Positions 19,925 to 32,969 of a stretch of 64,000 nt of DNA are shown in pieces. The translations under genes were made by a program, and so were the position numbers. Within the stretch, counting starts at the first letter, position 1, and each line of letters begins with the position of its first letter. The DNA comes from Blasia pusilla. Taxonomy: Eukaryota. The DNA lies in the NCBI GenBank assembly GCA_050084515.1, contig CM114271.1:21514001-21578000 (forward strand), read 5' to 3'. Under the pieces are notes generated by a model. It worked only from the letters and a program-made list of their open reading frames with translations. It ran no database searches and was not told the origin of the DNA.

Positions 19925-22900
19925 GCACGACTTGGGAGCTTTGTCGGGAATCACCCATCGCTTCATCAAAACCAATGGCATCAACATGCACATTGCAGAA
20001 GCAGGAACAGGTAAGACGATCAAGACGGTGGTTAAGCTTAGTGAGTTCTCTCGATCCTCAATTTATGCGAAGTGTTACACACTACCATCATAGCTCTTAC
20101 CCCATATACTGCGGGTTAGAAGACGGGAGACAATCGCGTCTGCACACAAAGAATATGGGTTGACCCATTTTACATTCAAATTGCACGTCTATGTCAATTC
20201 CCCGTCAATCTCGTCGGGAAAACTGAAAGAGGACTGTGATCACAGGCATGGGAAAGTTCTCAAATTGCTTTCGAATGCTTTCTCATGTAAGACCGGGGAA
20301 CAAGTTCAACCCATAGGAGACGAAGAAAAAGAAGACCTTACTGTGAAAGCAAAATTAGACTGATCACGAACAGGTAGATGCTGTTCTTGGACAGGGACTG
20401 GAATCGGCCTGTGGGTACTTTCTGATCAAAACCTCGTTTGAACTGATCTTTTCGAAGAAGTCGTTAGGATATTTCCCTATCGAATCGAGCTTCCTTGGGG
20501 TTCTTACTGATGCAATTGCACCAATCATCTGAGACTTCACATAGGAAGTTTCTACTGAAATTGTAGAGTTGCACACTGTATGGCAGGGTTACATAAAGCT
20601 TTATGACTTGGTTGTTGTCTTTTTCGGATTTATACTCTCTTCTCAGACCACGTGGATTTCGTTTCTAATGTCCCTTGGTTACCTGGAAGGCCCCAGCTTT
20701 TGAAAGTCTCGATGAATAAGTTATGGCCAGGAATAGTCTCCTGCTCTTTACTTCAAGAAGCTCTGCGAGTTTCGTGATATGCAATCTATTGTGTTCTTGG
20801 TACGAGGAAACTACAGGACCGCTTGTTCTTCTAGTGCATGGGTTCCCCGATTTTTGGTACACTTGGCGTTCCCAACTACCTGCACTAGCAAAGGCAGGAT
20901 TTCATGCGGTTGCCCCAGACGTTCGAGGGTTTGGTGAAACTGATGGACCATTGGAAGCCGAAAAGTACACAATGTTCGACATAGTCGGCGACTTGGTTGG
21001 CCTAATTGATGCTCTCGGGGAAGACCAGGTGATCACCTTATTCACCATTTATGATGTGCTTCTAATCTGGACTCTGTTTGAACAATCAACTACTTGTGTT
21101 TCTCGTTGTAAGTCTAGACACCCACCAGATTGGAACATCTCGACTCATATGCATGGCTGAATTTAAGGGTGCCACATGATATTACGCTTACTTTTGCTTT
21201 ATAATAACTTGAAGCGCTTTGCTTCGAATCAAGTTTCCCAAAGAGTGATAGTGAGTGTTCTTTTTATTAGCGTCTGACCTGTGCTGTATATGAAGATTGT
21301 ATGAGAACTTACGGCTCATATATCAAGGAGCAGTATGCAAGAGTGTATGTTTTCATGCAATCCACGGTCATTTTTATGAACAGATCTTAAATCTGTGATT
21401 GAGAGGTCCTAAGTCATCGCATCGAGTTCAAAAATGTGACTTAAGGGCTGGTGCTGCTTGTATTCTATATGTTTGAAGCACCCTTCTTGTGCCTCGAGGA
21501 TTGCTGACAAGAGAGAACAGATCTTTGTGGTAGGACACGATTGGGGAGCGGAGGCTGCTTGGGCTTTTGCCCTATTTAGACCAGACAGAGTGCGAGGAGT
21601 ACTTGCCCTCAGTGTTCCGTACGGCCCAAGGCAGGCAAAAGGGAGCTTTCTTTCAAACGTTAGATCACGACTGGGCGAAGGGTGGTATATGGTCCACTTC
21701 CAGGTATTAGGGCGGCTTTGTGTCCGTAGTCGTGAACGTCCATATCTGTTTTTAATGAATTTATGGCAGGTTGGATGCGGGGTGCTGGAAGAGGTAGACG
21801 CTCACCTCTTACTCCCGGACTTGGAGATATTTTGTAAGGTGCCTCAAAGCACGGCACCTTATAAAGAAACATACCCTCTGACGTAAAGAGACATCTAATT
21901 ATTTACAATCAATGGCTCTAGATTCAATCACCACTTTGGAAATTCTCGACATGTCATATTCCACTACATGCAGTCAGATATCAATTTTGCAAAAAAAATA
22001 ATATCAGCTATGGTATCTCTCCGTTTCTTTCTCACCTGTTCCTATTCCTATTCTTTAGAGGCTTGAATTCATGCCAGTCTGAGGGAAGTGTGTGCTCTTG
22101 CCCAAGATTTACTGGCAATTCGGTAGGGACACTGCTCATTTGCTCTTCCTTGAGTTTTCCTCGTACATTGGCGGCCACTGCATTCACCCCATCAGTATCC
22201 AATCTTTCCATAGTTCACGATGGAAAATGGAAAAGGAGAATACTGATATCAAGTTTCCTCTTTTGTTGGAATGTGTTGAACTACAGAAACCAGGATATGC
22301 AGAAGCTGAAATCAACCACATCGGCCTGCCTACGTTTTTACGACAGATTCTGCTTTCTTCGCAAACTAGTCCCTTGATTGTTCCGGATGGCAAAAGACTA
22401 CGGGATGTCTTCCAAGGAAATGCATCACTGACGTCATGGTTCAGTGCAGAAGATCTCAACAATTATGTTCGAGCTTTCGAAAAGAGTGGTTTGACTAGGC
22501 CTTTGAATGTGTACCGCAACATAGAGAGGTGAGTTCTTCACTCCTCTCAGTTAGTGATTAGTTTTCCTTCTCTTCTGCTTATGAGTGTTTGGGGCAGTCG
22601 CATGGATGAGGAGAATAGCTTCGTTTCCAGATGCAATCGGAGAGAGAAATTTGGACACAGCCATTTTCATTTGGGTGGGCATGATTTAGTACTGGTGAGT
22701 GTTCGATGCAGTAGCCATGTTCACAATGAGAGTGGGTGGACTCTCCTTCGGAATATACATGAGTGAACTCCGCAATACCAAATTCCTTTAGCTTCAAGGT
22801 TGGAAAGTGATCACTGATATATGCAGAGTAGCAAGAGCAATCTTTCACCATAAAGCTTGTTCTGTTTGACTCATGAACTTGTCCGATTGACAGAAAGATA

Positions 22901-23187
22901 TGGTAATGTTATGTTTGGGTAGGACATGGCAACTTCAAGCACCATACACGAGAGCAAAGATTCAAACACCAGCATTTTTCATAGCTGGGTCGAAGGACAT
23001 TGTTTGGCATGTTGCAGGAACAAGAAAATATGTTGAAGATGGGGGCTTGAAGTACTTTGTGCCATCTTTAAGGGGTCATGTGGTTCTTGACTGCGGCCAC
23101 TTCATCCAACAAGAGAAGGCTGAAGAGGTGAATCAGCTGCTGATTAAGTTCCTGCAGCAGGAGCTTCAGCCTAAATCCAGGCTCTAG
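19925..23187 (+). CDS. Soluble epoxide hydrolase (alpha/beta hydrolase); exons ~19925-20010, 20817-21028, 21521-21703, 22287-22528, 22923-23187; start codon unresolved
   Basis: HRFIKTNGINMHIAE, HGFP motif, nucleophile GHDWG, catalytic CGHFIQQE, GT-AG junctions, C-terminal SRL. TATA-like gatataaa at ~19663. Confidence 0.92.
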
Positions 23188-24499
23188 TGGTTGAGTTTAG
23201 CCTACTAACTTACTAAATTTACTTACTAGTCTTTCTTGTTAGCGGCCTTCTAGTCGGAGTAGTTAGGGCTTCCTTAACCTATCTCTAAATTGGTGTGTTT
23301 CCTTACTAAAGAAAGGTCTACACCTAAGAGGTTTTAAGCTAACCCTCTTGGCGTGTTTAGGTTGAGATTCAGCTCACATAATGTCTTCCTTTACTTGTAG
23401 TATACAACCTACAACATCAAAGGTATTGGTTTCTCTTCTCATAGAAGCTTGGCCAAACCTCTCCTTCCTGATCTGTCATGTTTATTCTCCTCTCTACTCT
23501 TTCCATTGTGTTCCATGAAACAGAGTGTCCTCTCTCGCAGTTCCGATAACTTATATATACTTCGAGGCCTTATGTTGTAGCTAGATTTGTGCTTTCTATT
23601 GTCGCAATACTTTATTACATATTCATTTGAGTGCCTTGTCTTCACCGTAGGTAGCTATAGACATCTACATGTCACTTTGCACCTAACTATGGCTTCTTAA
23701 TTATCCAACTTAGTGAGAGACAAGGGATGATTAAAAATGGTGAGATTAAAAACTCAAAAAATGGTGATAGAGGAAGCTTTAGCCCACTTTTTTTCCAATA
23801 ACATAAACTTGGAGCAAGATATCTAGCCCGCAACACAAGTTTGCACATAGCGAGATCACATAAGCTAATCTTGGGACAAGAGGTTGTTCCTATGAGAGCA
23901 CATTATGTTGCACATATGTGGTGGACAAAATCAAAGAAAGATGAACATACCATATAATTTAGAGAGCTCCATCACCTTCCTCAAAAGTTATTTTCCTCGG
24001 CCAAAATGTAATAATAGGGTTCCAAACTTCCAAGGAGTCGTCATTATAAAAGGATCAAATTTGGGAGATAAGGAATTTTTAAGGGAAGCAGTCCATAAGG
24101 GGATTGACACTCAAATGGTTTGCAATTGTCATGTGATGAAACTTTCATGCATTTTACAATTCACAAGTTGAACTTTCACTATTCACTAGTTTTTGTTGTG
24201 TGAGAGTTGATAGTATTGTCCAATAGAGGCCCTAAACTAGAATCTATTATGTGGTGCACTTGGTATATCAAAGGCTGGTGTTAAACATGCCATATTGTAA
24301 ATCACACAATTCCTTATGGAATAGTATATAAACACGTGTTAGGTGTGGTATTTTGGATCGAATGTGAGTATGTATACGATATTAGTGTATTTTGTATAGA
24401 AATGTTCATATGCATGACAAAGAAGAGAACTGTTGAGAAAAAACTAAAGAGTACAACAGTATAGATTACTACTATATTTCAGAAAGTTTTACAAGTGCA

Positions 24500-25471
24500 A
24501 ACATTCGCAATTCAATGGCTATATGGATGTAAGTTAGTCGCAACATAGTCTTACAATTGTGATTTCAATCCACACTCTGTGACTACGTCTCGGCTCTGAA
24601 GTTTCGTTTTATTACTCTTGTAAGACAATTGCAACGACTTGCAAATCATTTGCCGACCATTGACACTTGGCTCCAAAAAAGAGTTTGACCTGCGAGTTTG
24701 GGTAGTCACGAATGAGTTGCGAAAATTCAGTCACAACATAGTCGCAAATCAGTGGTTTTCTACACTTGCAAACGAGTTGGTTTTTGCTCATTTTTTCTCT
24801 GATTGGACTCACTTTTGGGTCTATGAAACACATTTTCAAGGGATATTTCGCTCCTTCGAATTATTTTTTAAGGATGAATTTTTTTCCCTCCTTCATTTCA
24901 AGAATTGTGGAACAAAAACATGGAAGACAATGAACTTCACTCATCAATATGTCCCTAAACGTTAAGAGAAAAATCCCACCCAAATAAAATTAGAGTCGTT
25001 ATGCTATAGAAAAAAAGTAGTTGTAAAGTGAGGAGCACAATCTTGGAAAGTTAGGAGAAAAATAAAAAAATAGAGGAGATTGGAGGCAGAATTGGAATTC
25101 ATGGCCAATAATTAATTTGAATTATGAGACTCAAAAGGAAGTCTCAATTTGGGTGTTTTGACATTTGCAAAGTAGTCACAAGTTGCAGCATAATTGCGAG
25201 TCTCAGTGCTCGCGCTTTGCCACTTCATGGCGATTGTTACTCGCAATGTTATATATGGCTACCTCGTAGTTGTCTTGCGACTGCTATGACTCACAAAACA
25301 ACCAAGAGTTGCAAGTTGCATATCAGTCACATATTAGTGGCAAGTTAGTCATAAGCTACTTGCACGAACCACACTTGCAAATTTCATTTGCAAGACAGTC
25401 ACGAAAGTAGCCATAAAGTTGATAACTGGACTCGAAAATCTGCCACAACCAAAAGACAATCCCTTGTAGTG
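24500..25471. mobile_element. Non-autonomous CACTA-like element remnant
   Basis: Right end cttgtagtg (CACTACAAG on the minus strand) and many subterminal gtcgcaa/ttgcgac repeats. Left TIR not found. Confidence 0.45.
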
Positions 25472-26289
25472 TATGACCTTGAGTTGCATGAATATCTCTC
25501 AAAGGACAAGAAGCCATAAGCCATCAGTTTCAGTTCTCAAGGGTATTTTTGTGCTAGCTAAAGTGTAAAGGTCTTTGAAAAATATTTCAATATAGTATTT
25601 TGATAGTTCCTACCTTTCTTTTGAATTGGACATCTTTGATTGTATTATGATGATCATTTGGAAGTAGCCTTTGGGCATTCCAATGTTTGTATGACAAAGA
25701 CAATCTATATAAATTTCATTTTCTTAACTTTCTTATGGTCACATCTAGTTAAGATTTCATTCAAATGTATATACGAAAGAAATCATGTTATGATGTATGG
25801 TTAATTTTCTTTGGTTGATTTCTATCATGGTTAGGTGGAATCCCATGGAATTTATTTGTATTGCAAAAAAATAGCCTATTAAGAAAATAAAATTGAATTC
25901 TTTTCTAATTGAGATGTAATGAAGATAAGATAGACATACCAAAGAAATAAAAAACACAATCAACTTAGAAATTTGCGGAATCACAAACACATGGATTCCA
26001 ATCATGGCATTAAAGGAACATCAAAATCTCTTGATATTTGGGTTATACAAACGATGCAATATCATACAAAATTTAAGACCATTGTCTATTTCTACGTTTT
26101 AAATTAATAGATTGAAAATATTTTTAAAATATTCCTAAATGTTACCATAAATATTAAAACCTTGAATTAGTTTATACATGTACAAGAAATGTGTAAGTCC
26201 AATCCAAGAAGAAAAATATGAGATTCCGATGCATGAATCTGAATTGTGGGCTTTTAAAGGAACACAAGAAATTTATATGTACCTCTTAT

Positions 26290-27330
26290 ACTATGGCAAT
26301 TGCAAATCCAATGAAGATAATGTACGATATATGCTCCAGATCCTTTTGAAACAATAATTCCAAAATCCTCCTTACCTAGAAACGTGGTTGAAGTCCAAAA
26401 ATGAATTTTATATCTTTACATTTCCCACATTCCCTAATAATGGAAAAAAGTATCAAAAAAGCAAAAAAATCCCCTTCAATTTCATATTCTCTCATCTATA
26501 TAATTAAAAGAAGACGGGTTTTAAAAACACTACTCAGGTGTCGACACATGTCCTCTAAGGGCTCTTATGATGTCGAAACATGTCACTTTGAGAGAGGGAG
26601 TTGAATTGAGGAGAGATAATAAAGAAAATTAAGTATGAAGGATTGAAATCCAGATGCCCGTGCATAGCACGAGCACTTAGAGCATTTGTTATTTAGTAAA
26701 AAAACTAAGTAACAAACTGGTATCAAAACATAATCTCCATACATAATAAACTAATGAAAGAGTAGATGAAGACTAAGTATGTATGATTGTTCTATAGAAT
26801 GGAAAATCACGAAGATTTACATATTGATCATGAATACACCCTTTTATGAGAAGATTCATTGGCTATTTTTGTGTACATCATGATCACATGTGTATGCATG
26901 CAATGAGGAAAAGAAGTGAAAATATTGAAGGGTTAGTTATCTTGTGAAGCTATGAAGGATTGAAATTCAACCCTTGATATTTTTTTTACCGTTGAAAAAT
27001 TAGGAAAATAAAAGGAAATTTCACAATTCTCCTCAATGGGCACGACCTCTACTACAAGGTATAATGGGAAGAAATTTTTTACGCTTTATATGATGGATAG
27101 TTCATCATCCAGCATACAAGCTCTATTCTCAAATGAATTTCACTAAATACAACTTCACTAGAATGATGATGTAATCAATACATCAATAATAATAATATGA
27201 TGTTTTTTCTTTATGACATGTATTGACCTTTTCAATGTGTGCATATGGAGAGATTCATACAACAAATAATAATGAACTGAAAGCCGTCAAGATTTTTTTA
27301 AATCCAAATTTCTCAATGAATATGGAAACA
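26290..27330 (+). repeat. Dispersed AT-rich repeat, homologous to ~44810-45690; contains a Helitron-like hairpin at ~26657
   Basis: Shared blocks in the same order, e.g. aagtccaaaaatgaat, tgcatgcaatgaggaaaagaa, aaaaggaaatttcaca. Confidence 0.65.
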
Positions 27331-27994
27331 CAATTATGTCACACTAGTTGTAGTCAAGCAAGAGTAGATGGTGCAACCCAATTCAAGGGATATATGTATA
27401 TACTTAGGGATTGAGAGGATAGGAGTAACCTATTGGTCTCCATTGGTGACCTATGTCTATATGTCATCCTTTTGGGGGAATTCTTAGAACCCTCTCGGAG
27501 GTTTCCTGATTGGTTAATCAATAACTTGTTGTACACGTTTGGAGTGGCTTTTGGGCTTACATCACTTTCTTGGAGCAATATTGGGGTCTTGGACAGGGTT
27601 ATACACCTAGGCAAGGCTTGGGAAGGCTAGACTTTCTATATATGAGCCTTTCAAGCACATGCCAAGGGAGGGTGTTGTGGATGTTACATTAGACATGGAC
27701 TTCCTTACATTTAGGAAGGGTTTAGCTTGATTGTTATTGAGAAACTTAGAGAGGGGTGTGTTTCCCAATGGAGTTTTACTATAGAAAGATTTGAGTTATC
27801 TAAGAATTCATTGCGTGCGCTATTATAGATGTTTGTGTATATTTATGGTCATTGGAAATTATGAAAATTGTTGCATGTTTGAATGTGAAATGCCATCTTA
27901 ATAGGTAAGAATGTTCTTAGAGGGAAATTTGAGATGTTGGGCGAAATATAAGTGTGAATGGCTAGCAAGAAAGGGGTTGGCCTAAATAGTTTTT

Positions 27995-28537
27995 GTGCGC
28001 ATAGCAACATTCACATTGCTACACAACATACATCGTTGTCATCAAACATACACACAAACACACATGATCTCATGATAATTCTTGGTATTCAAACATCGAG
28101 ACAATAAGTACCAAAATATCTCCAATCATCCCCCTAGCTAGTGGTTAGGTCCCTAAAACTCCAAATAGTCACATTTCCCTACCTACCATGATATACATCT
28201 TTAGGACGCTAAGAGCAAAAAAGTTCGGTGCTTATGTGGCCCCATAGTTAGTCGCCTTCTTGTCATCCATGTCATAGTTTCAAGTCGGAATTTATAACTA
28301 CCTACTCTATGTACATATGGGACACATCCATCATCCGCGAGAAATCCTAATGAGAAGTGGCGTCAGACATACCATATCCGACCCTCTCGAACATCCATCA
28401 TAGACTATTATAGTGGCTTCACCATGGGCAAAACCACACAACATACAACGTAAACTTGTAGGACCTATTGCTAAGCTCGAATCAACTGTACCGTCGATGT
28501 TAGGAAGGTAACTTGGTGCATAGTTACGCACATGACC
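27995..28537 (-). mobile_element. Second fragment of family 2 (integrase tail, PHD, 3' UTR, PPT, B1)
   Basis: Colinear with 4771-5305. Translation HVRNYAPSYLPNIDGTVDSSLA...CMLCGFAHGEATIIVYDGCSRG. Confidence 0.88.
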
Positions 28538-29189
28538 CAATTAGGGCTTGGCAACTTCTCGGCTACCTACGAAATGTCCCATCGATTGAGTCTTTAGGAC
28601 TTAATCTAAGTGTTCCTCTTGCAAAGCTCAAAGTTGAGAGTGCTTCAAGATAAAGCAAGGTGAAGTGGAGGATAAGCATAACAAAGTAGTATCATAGCAA
28701 ACCACTAAATAGGCCAAAGTTAGTGAGCAATTTTGTCAACAGCGATCGACATGGCCCCAAACGCGAGCCTAAGTATGGAGACAAGCCGTATAAGGGTAGG
28801 AAAAAGATCATGGATCTCGAACCGCCTCGGCTAGGGGAAGATCCAAGGGATGTGGAAAATGAGCCTACTAGGCCGACCCGATCTTCCATAAGACTTTGAC
28901 GATATATATGAACTCAACGAGTTACTCGATCATAATAAACGTTTGGGGGACGAAATGCCGATCACCAACAACTCCCCATCCAAGACTCTTGGCCACTAGT
29001 TGGAGCAACTAGACCAAATGGATAAACCCAAGGAGTCATTTTTAATGAAGAAGAAGGTAGCAAGGACGCTCGGAGGAAGGTCATGTGGGTTCAATCGCCC
29101 GCAAGTTTTAGAGAACCATCTCTGAGACATTGAAGAAACAATCGCAACCCCTAATCAAAAATCATTTGATATCCTGTCTGTCTAGGTTA

Positions 29190-32172
29190 TGATTTTTGGG
29201 GCAATTTTAGGGAAAAGAGATTTTTCCACGAAGAAAGAAAGAGATAGCTTTCAAGCCATTTTTTCCATTCCGAGCCTTTATCTCACTTGTCTTGCTAAGG
29301 TTTGGTTGGAGCTTGGGAGTTAGATTTCGGATTCCCTCATACCAGAAGGTGGATGTGGCTTGATATTAGGATATAGATTCTGTAGAAAATTGCTAAAGAA
29401 GCATAACTGGTGGGAAACGGCTCTCACACTCACACACCACCGTGGAGAACAAAATTTTGCAATGAGAGAATCAATGGAGGCTGGTCCCCTTCTCAATTAT
29501 GTAGGGTATATACAAGCAACCCTAACCCTAATCTTAACCATAGTTTCAAGTAAGACTAACTGTGATTAACTAACCCTAGTTAAGATAATCACACTTAACT
29601 CACTAACCAAAATTAAGCTTCCCTACTTCGTGTGAGTAGCAAATGTAGCAGTTCATGTGTCTCATGAGCTTGTCTCACTAGAAGGAAACATATCCATTGC
29701 TACTAAAATATGAAACTATATTTAGTGCATATATACAATATACAATTATTGCGATTGTTTAGTGCCTAGTTGCAAAGGACGAGTCATGTAGATCACTAGT
29801 CGCAATGAGTCCACGATGGCATAATGACGTGGTTGTTGACTTGGCTAGTTTTTCTCTAGTGTTTTTGGACGTGGAAAGTGTCCTGTCATACTACATGTGA
29901 CGTGGTAATATTGTAAGGATGACATGGCTCATAGAAGGAAAGATCCACGTCATCTTATGAATGACTACATCTAGTCATTATAATCCCCTAAAAAAGTATT
30001 GCCACAAAGAAAATGCACTAAATTTAGTATAGATATGTTCATTTAAGCATGTTATGTTCTAACATGTGGCATGTTTTTCGTTATAGTTGTTATTTGACTA
30101 CACGTAGTGCATGATATTAACTAGAAGTAGTATCATGTAGAGTACTAGTTTTGGTACTTTTAGAGTGCTATATCGGTAGTCCGCATTCATGTACTATATA
30201 TAGTTTTATTCTTCTCATAGTGCTCATTTGTGTACTAAAAGGTTTTTTTATAATTTTTGGTTGATTATTAAGACTCATATTGAAGCTATTGTTTTCACCT
30301 CTCCAGGGAGCTAGATCCCATAATTGAATGATATATTTCTTAGGTACACATTTTAAAACATTAGAAACACATGTTAAGTAAGGGTACTTATAACTCATTT
30401 ATTCTAGAACCAATGATAGAGATAATGCAAGCATTGTTCAAACTCCATATGTAACACAATAGAAGCAGACATGGAATGAGAGTTCATAATCTCATTTACG
30501 TTGAAGTTGTCATACTCCTACAAACTATTCATACCATCAATACAAAAAGATTGGGTAACAAAAGAAACTCCACTTCTCTGGAGTTTGTTCAAGGTACTGA
30601 TTTTAAATGCATCAATAGAGTGGCAGCTCCGTGCAACACATCATCCACTCAGAATACTGAATACATTAACTTCAAACTCCATATTTAGCACAATGGAAAG
30701 GAGAGAAACAAAGGAAGCATCCAGATTAAAAAAACACAAGTCAATATGATAAGAAAATGCAAGAAAATAGGATTCTGATCACCAACTCCAACAAAATAGG
30801 AGTTTTAGATTTTAGTATTAAAAAAAAAATTTCTTGCAACCTATTCCAATGGGAAAAAAAAATCCATTCATAATAGTCACAATTGGTTGTGCTTGTATAA
30901 GATATGGTCACCTATTCCAATGGAATCTCTTTCTTCAATAACCTCTTAGGCCATAAGACTTGAGACCCAACAAATTGGTTCAAGAACAATTGTGGGGGGT
31001 CATCATCACGGTTTGGAAATGGCAGTTCAACACCGCCATTCAAAATTACCTTGATATCAACCCTCATAAATCCAAATGGGATTGCTTCCCATGGATCATA
31101 TCTCGACCTGCAAGACCTGATACATATCCTGCTCCCACAGATTGGCGTGTGTTTTTGTTTTGCTTCATCAAGACATAATCACCTATCACAAGTTGATACA
31201 AACACAGCCGAAGACCATGAGTATAACGTGTTCACTTGGAATGATAAATCCAAGAATATACGTTCTACACATGCATGAAACAAAAGAGAATGCATCACTA
31301 ACACAACCACAAGAGTTACCTTCAAAATACTCCAACCAATGTTAGGAATGTTGGAAGAAAAGATAGGATGTGCTTGGCTGGTCTACAATGTATACATGAA
31401 CATGGTCAAACACTTTAGTTGTTCCAATTGAAGTTTGAATGCAATATAAGAGGATTCGGTGAAAAGAAGAGGGAAGAAGATAGAAGGGAAAAAAGATTGA
31501 TGGACCAAGTCTGAAACTTACAGCCAATTTCTCTTTCTTCACCACTCGAGACTCCTTCTTCTTCTTTGGAAACCCTTACTTTGGTTGAATGTGATGTTTA
31601 CCATCTTGCTTGTTTTGTTCTTCTCTATTTCACCTGAAATCTACACCCACTAAGCTTTGTACAAAATTTCCCTCTCCCAAACTGAAATTGTGTCTTCTCT
31701 TGCCTCTCTTCTCTCCTCAAACACCAAAAATTTCAAGTGATGTTCTCCTATTGTTCTGATACCATGTGGAAAACTGCTAAAAAAACATAACTGGTGGGAA
31801 ACAGCTCTCACACTCACACACCACCATGGAGAACGAAATTTTGCAATGAGAGAATGAGTGGAGGCTGATCCCCTTCTCAATTATATAGGGTATGTACAAG
31901 CAACCCTAACCCTAATCTTATCCATGGTCTCAAGTTAGACTAATTGTGATTAACTAACCCTAGTTAAGATAATCGCGCCTAACTAACTAACCAAGATTAA
32001 ACTTCCCTACTTTGTGTGAGTACCAAATGTAGTAGTTTAGGTATCTCATGAACTTATCTGTAACTCAATCTTCAATAGATCTGAGAGTGGATTTGGTCAT
32101 ATGAGCTATTTTTTCCTCGATTTTGTAATGTTTAGTGTATAGATGTGATGAGCAATATATATGTGCACGACA
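29190..32172 (+). mobile_element. Diverged A-B terminal unit related to family 1, interrupted by the 29381-32077 LTR element
   Basis: 29230-29380 aligns with the A region of 35333-35915 (gagatagctttcaagccatt; attccctcata...ggtggatgtgg). The alignment resumes after 32077 and ends gtgcacgaca at 32172. 5' start not located. Confidence 0.6.
29381..32077 (-). mobile_element. Non-autonomous canonical LTR retrotransposon (LTRs 31765-32077 and 29381-~29675) with CACTA-derived interior
   Basis: Two ~300-bp direct repeats. PBS tggtatcagaac (tRNA-iMet type) on the minus strand at 31753-31764. Flanks gattc/gatct fit a decayed 5-bp TSD. The interior has cactag...ctagtg ends (29676-29861) and a minus-strand TnpA-like relic VELPFPNRDDDPPQLFLNQFVGSQVLWPKRL (~30930-31030). 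Confidence 0.7.
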
Positions 32173-32969
32173 AAGAAAGCAACGTCTATCAAATCTAGTT
32201 ATGCATAAGAACATACTTACCTTAGTCACTTAGTGTTAACTCCATTTCAACTAAAGGAATGAGTAATATCTATTTGTCATTATTCTTACATATATGTTTA
32301 CCTTATGGATTACCTTCATAATTTATGCTTGAAGATTGATGCACCAATTATGATTTTACTTACAAAATTTTACTTACTTATGAGGCTCTTACAAAATATG
32401 AACACGGTTGAAGGAACAAGAAATGATACTTAATTGGTGATTTATGGATTTATGTTACCTAGGATAGATATTAAAATCATAACAAAGACGAACATTGGAG
32501 ATCTAATTTTCATCCCATGTATTCCATTTACAACATGTGATTCAAATGCAACTTTCAATTTACAAATACAAACTTCAATTTCTTGTTTATCCAAATTTGG
32601 CTACTAATACTAATAAGTCTCAAGGTGAAGCTTTTTAAAAAGTTGGAATTTACTTTCCTATCTTTATATTTTCTCATACCCAATTGGTATATATGGCATT
32701 ATCTACAATAGCATGGAGAATTTTTAATGTAGATTTTTAATGGCAGTAAAGTGCATTCAATAATAAGATAACTACACATATTATATGTTATGTATATTAA
32801 CATGTTATATGTACAAAGAGATCATTAAATAAAAAATAATTTTTAAACTATTTTATGCAATAAAAATATTTTTAAAGAAAACATCGTAAAGGTCATTTAT
32901 TTAGTAGCTAGTGTGCTCTAATGGTATGTTCTAGATCATTGTATTCATAAAAGAAAAATATAGAAGGAA

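Noticed and set aside
29517-29533. Telomere-like aaccctaaccctaa
   Set aside because: Only two units, and part of the LTR sequence (also at ~31902). Not an interstitial telomere array.
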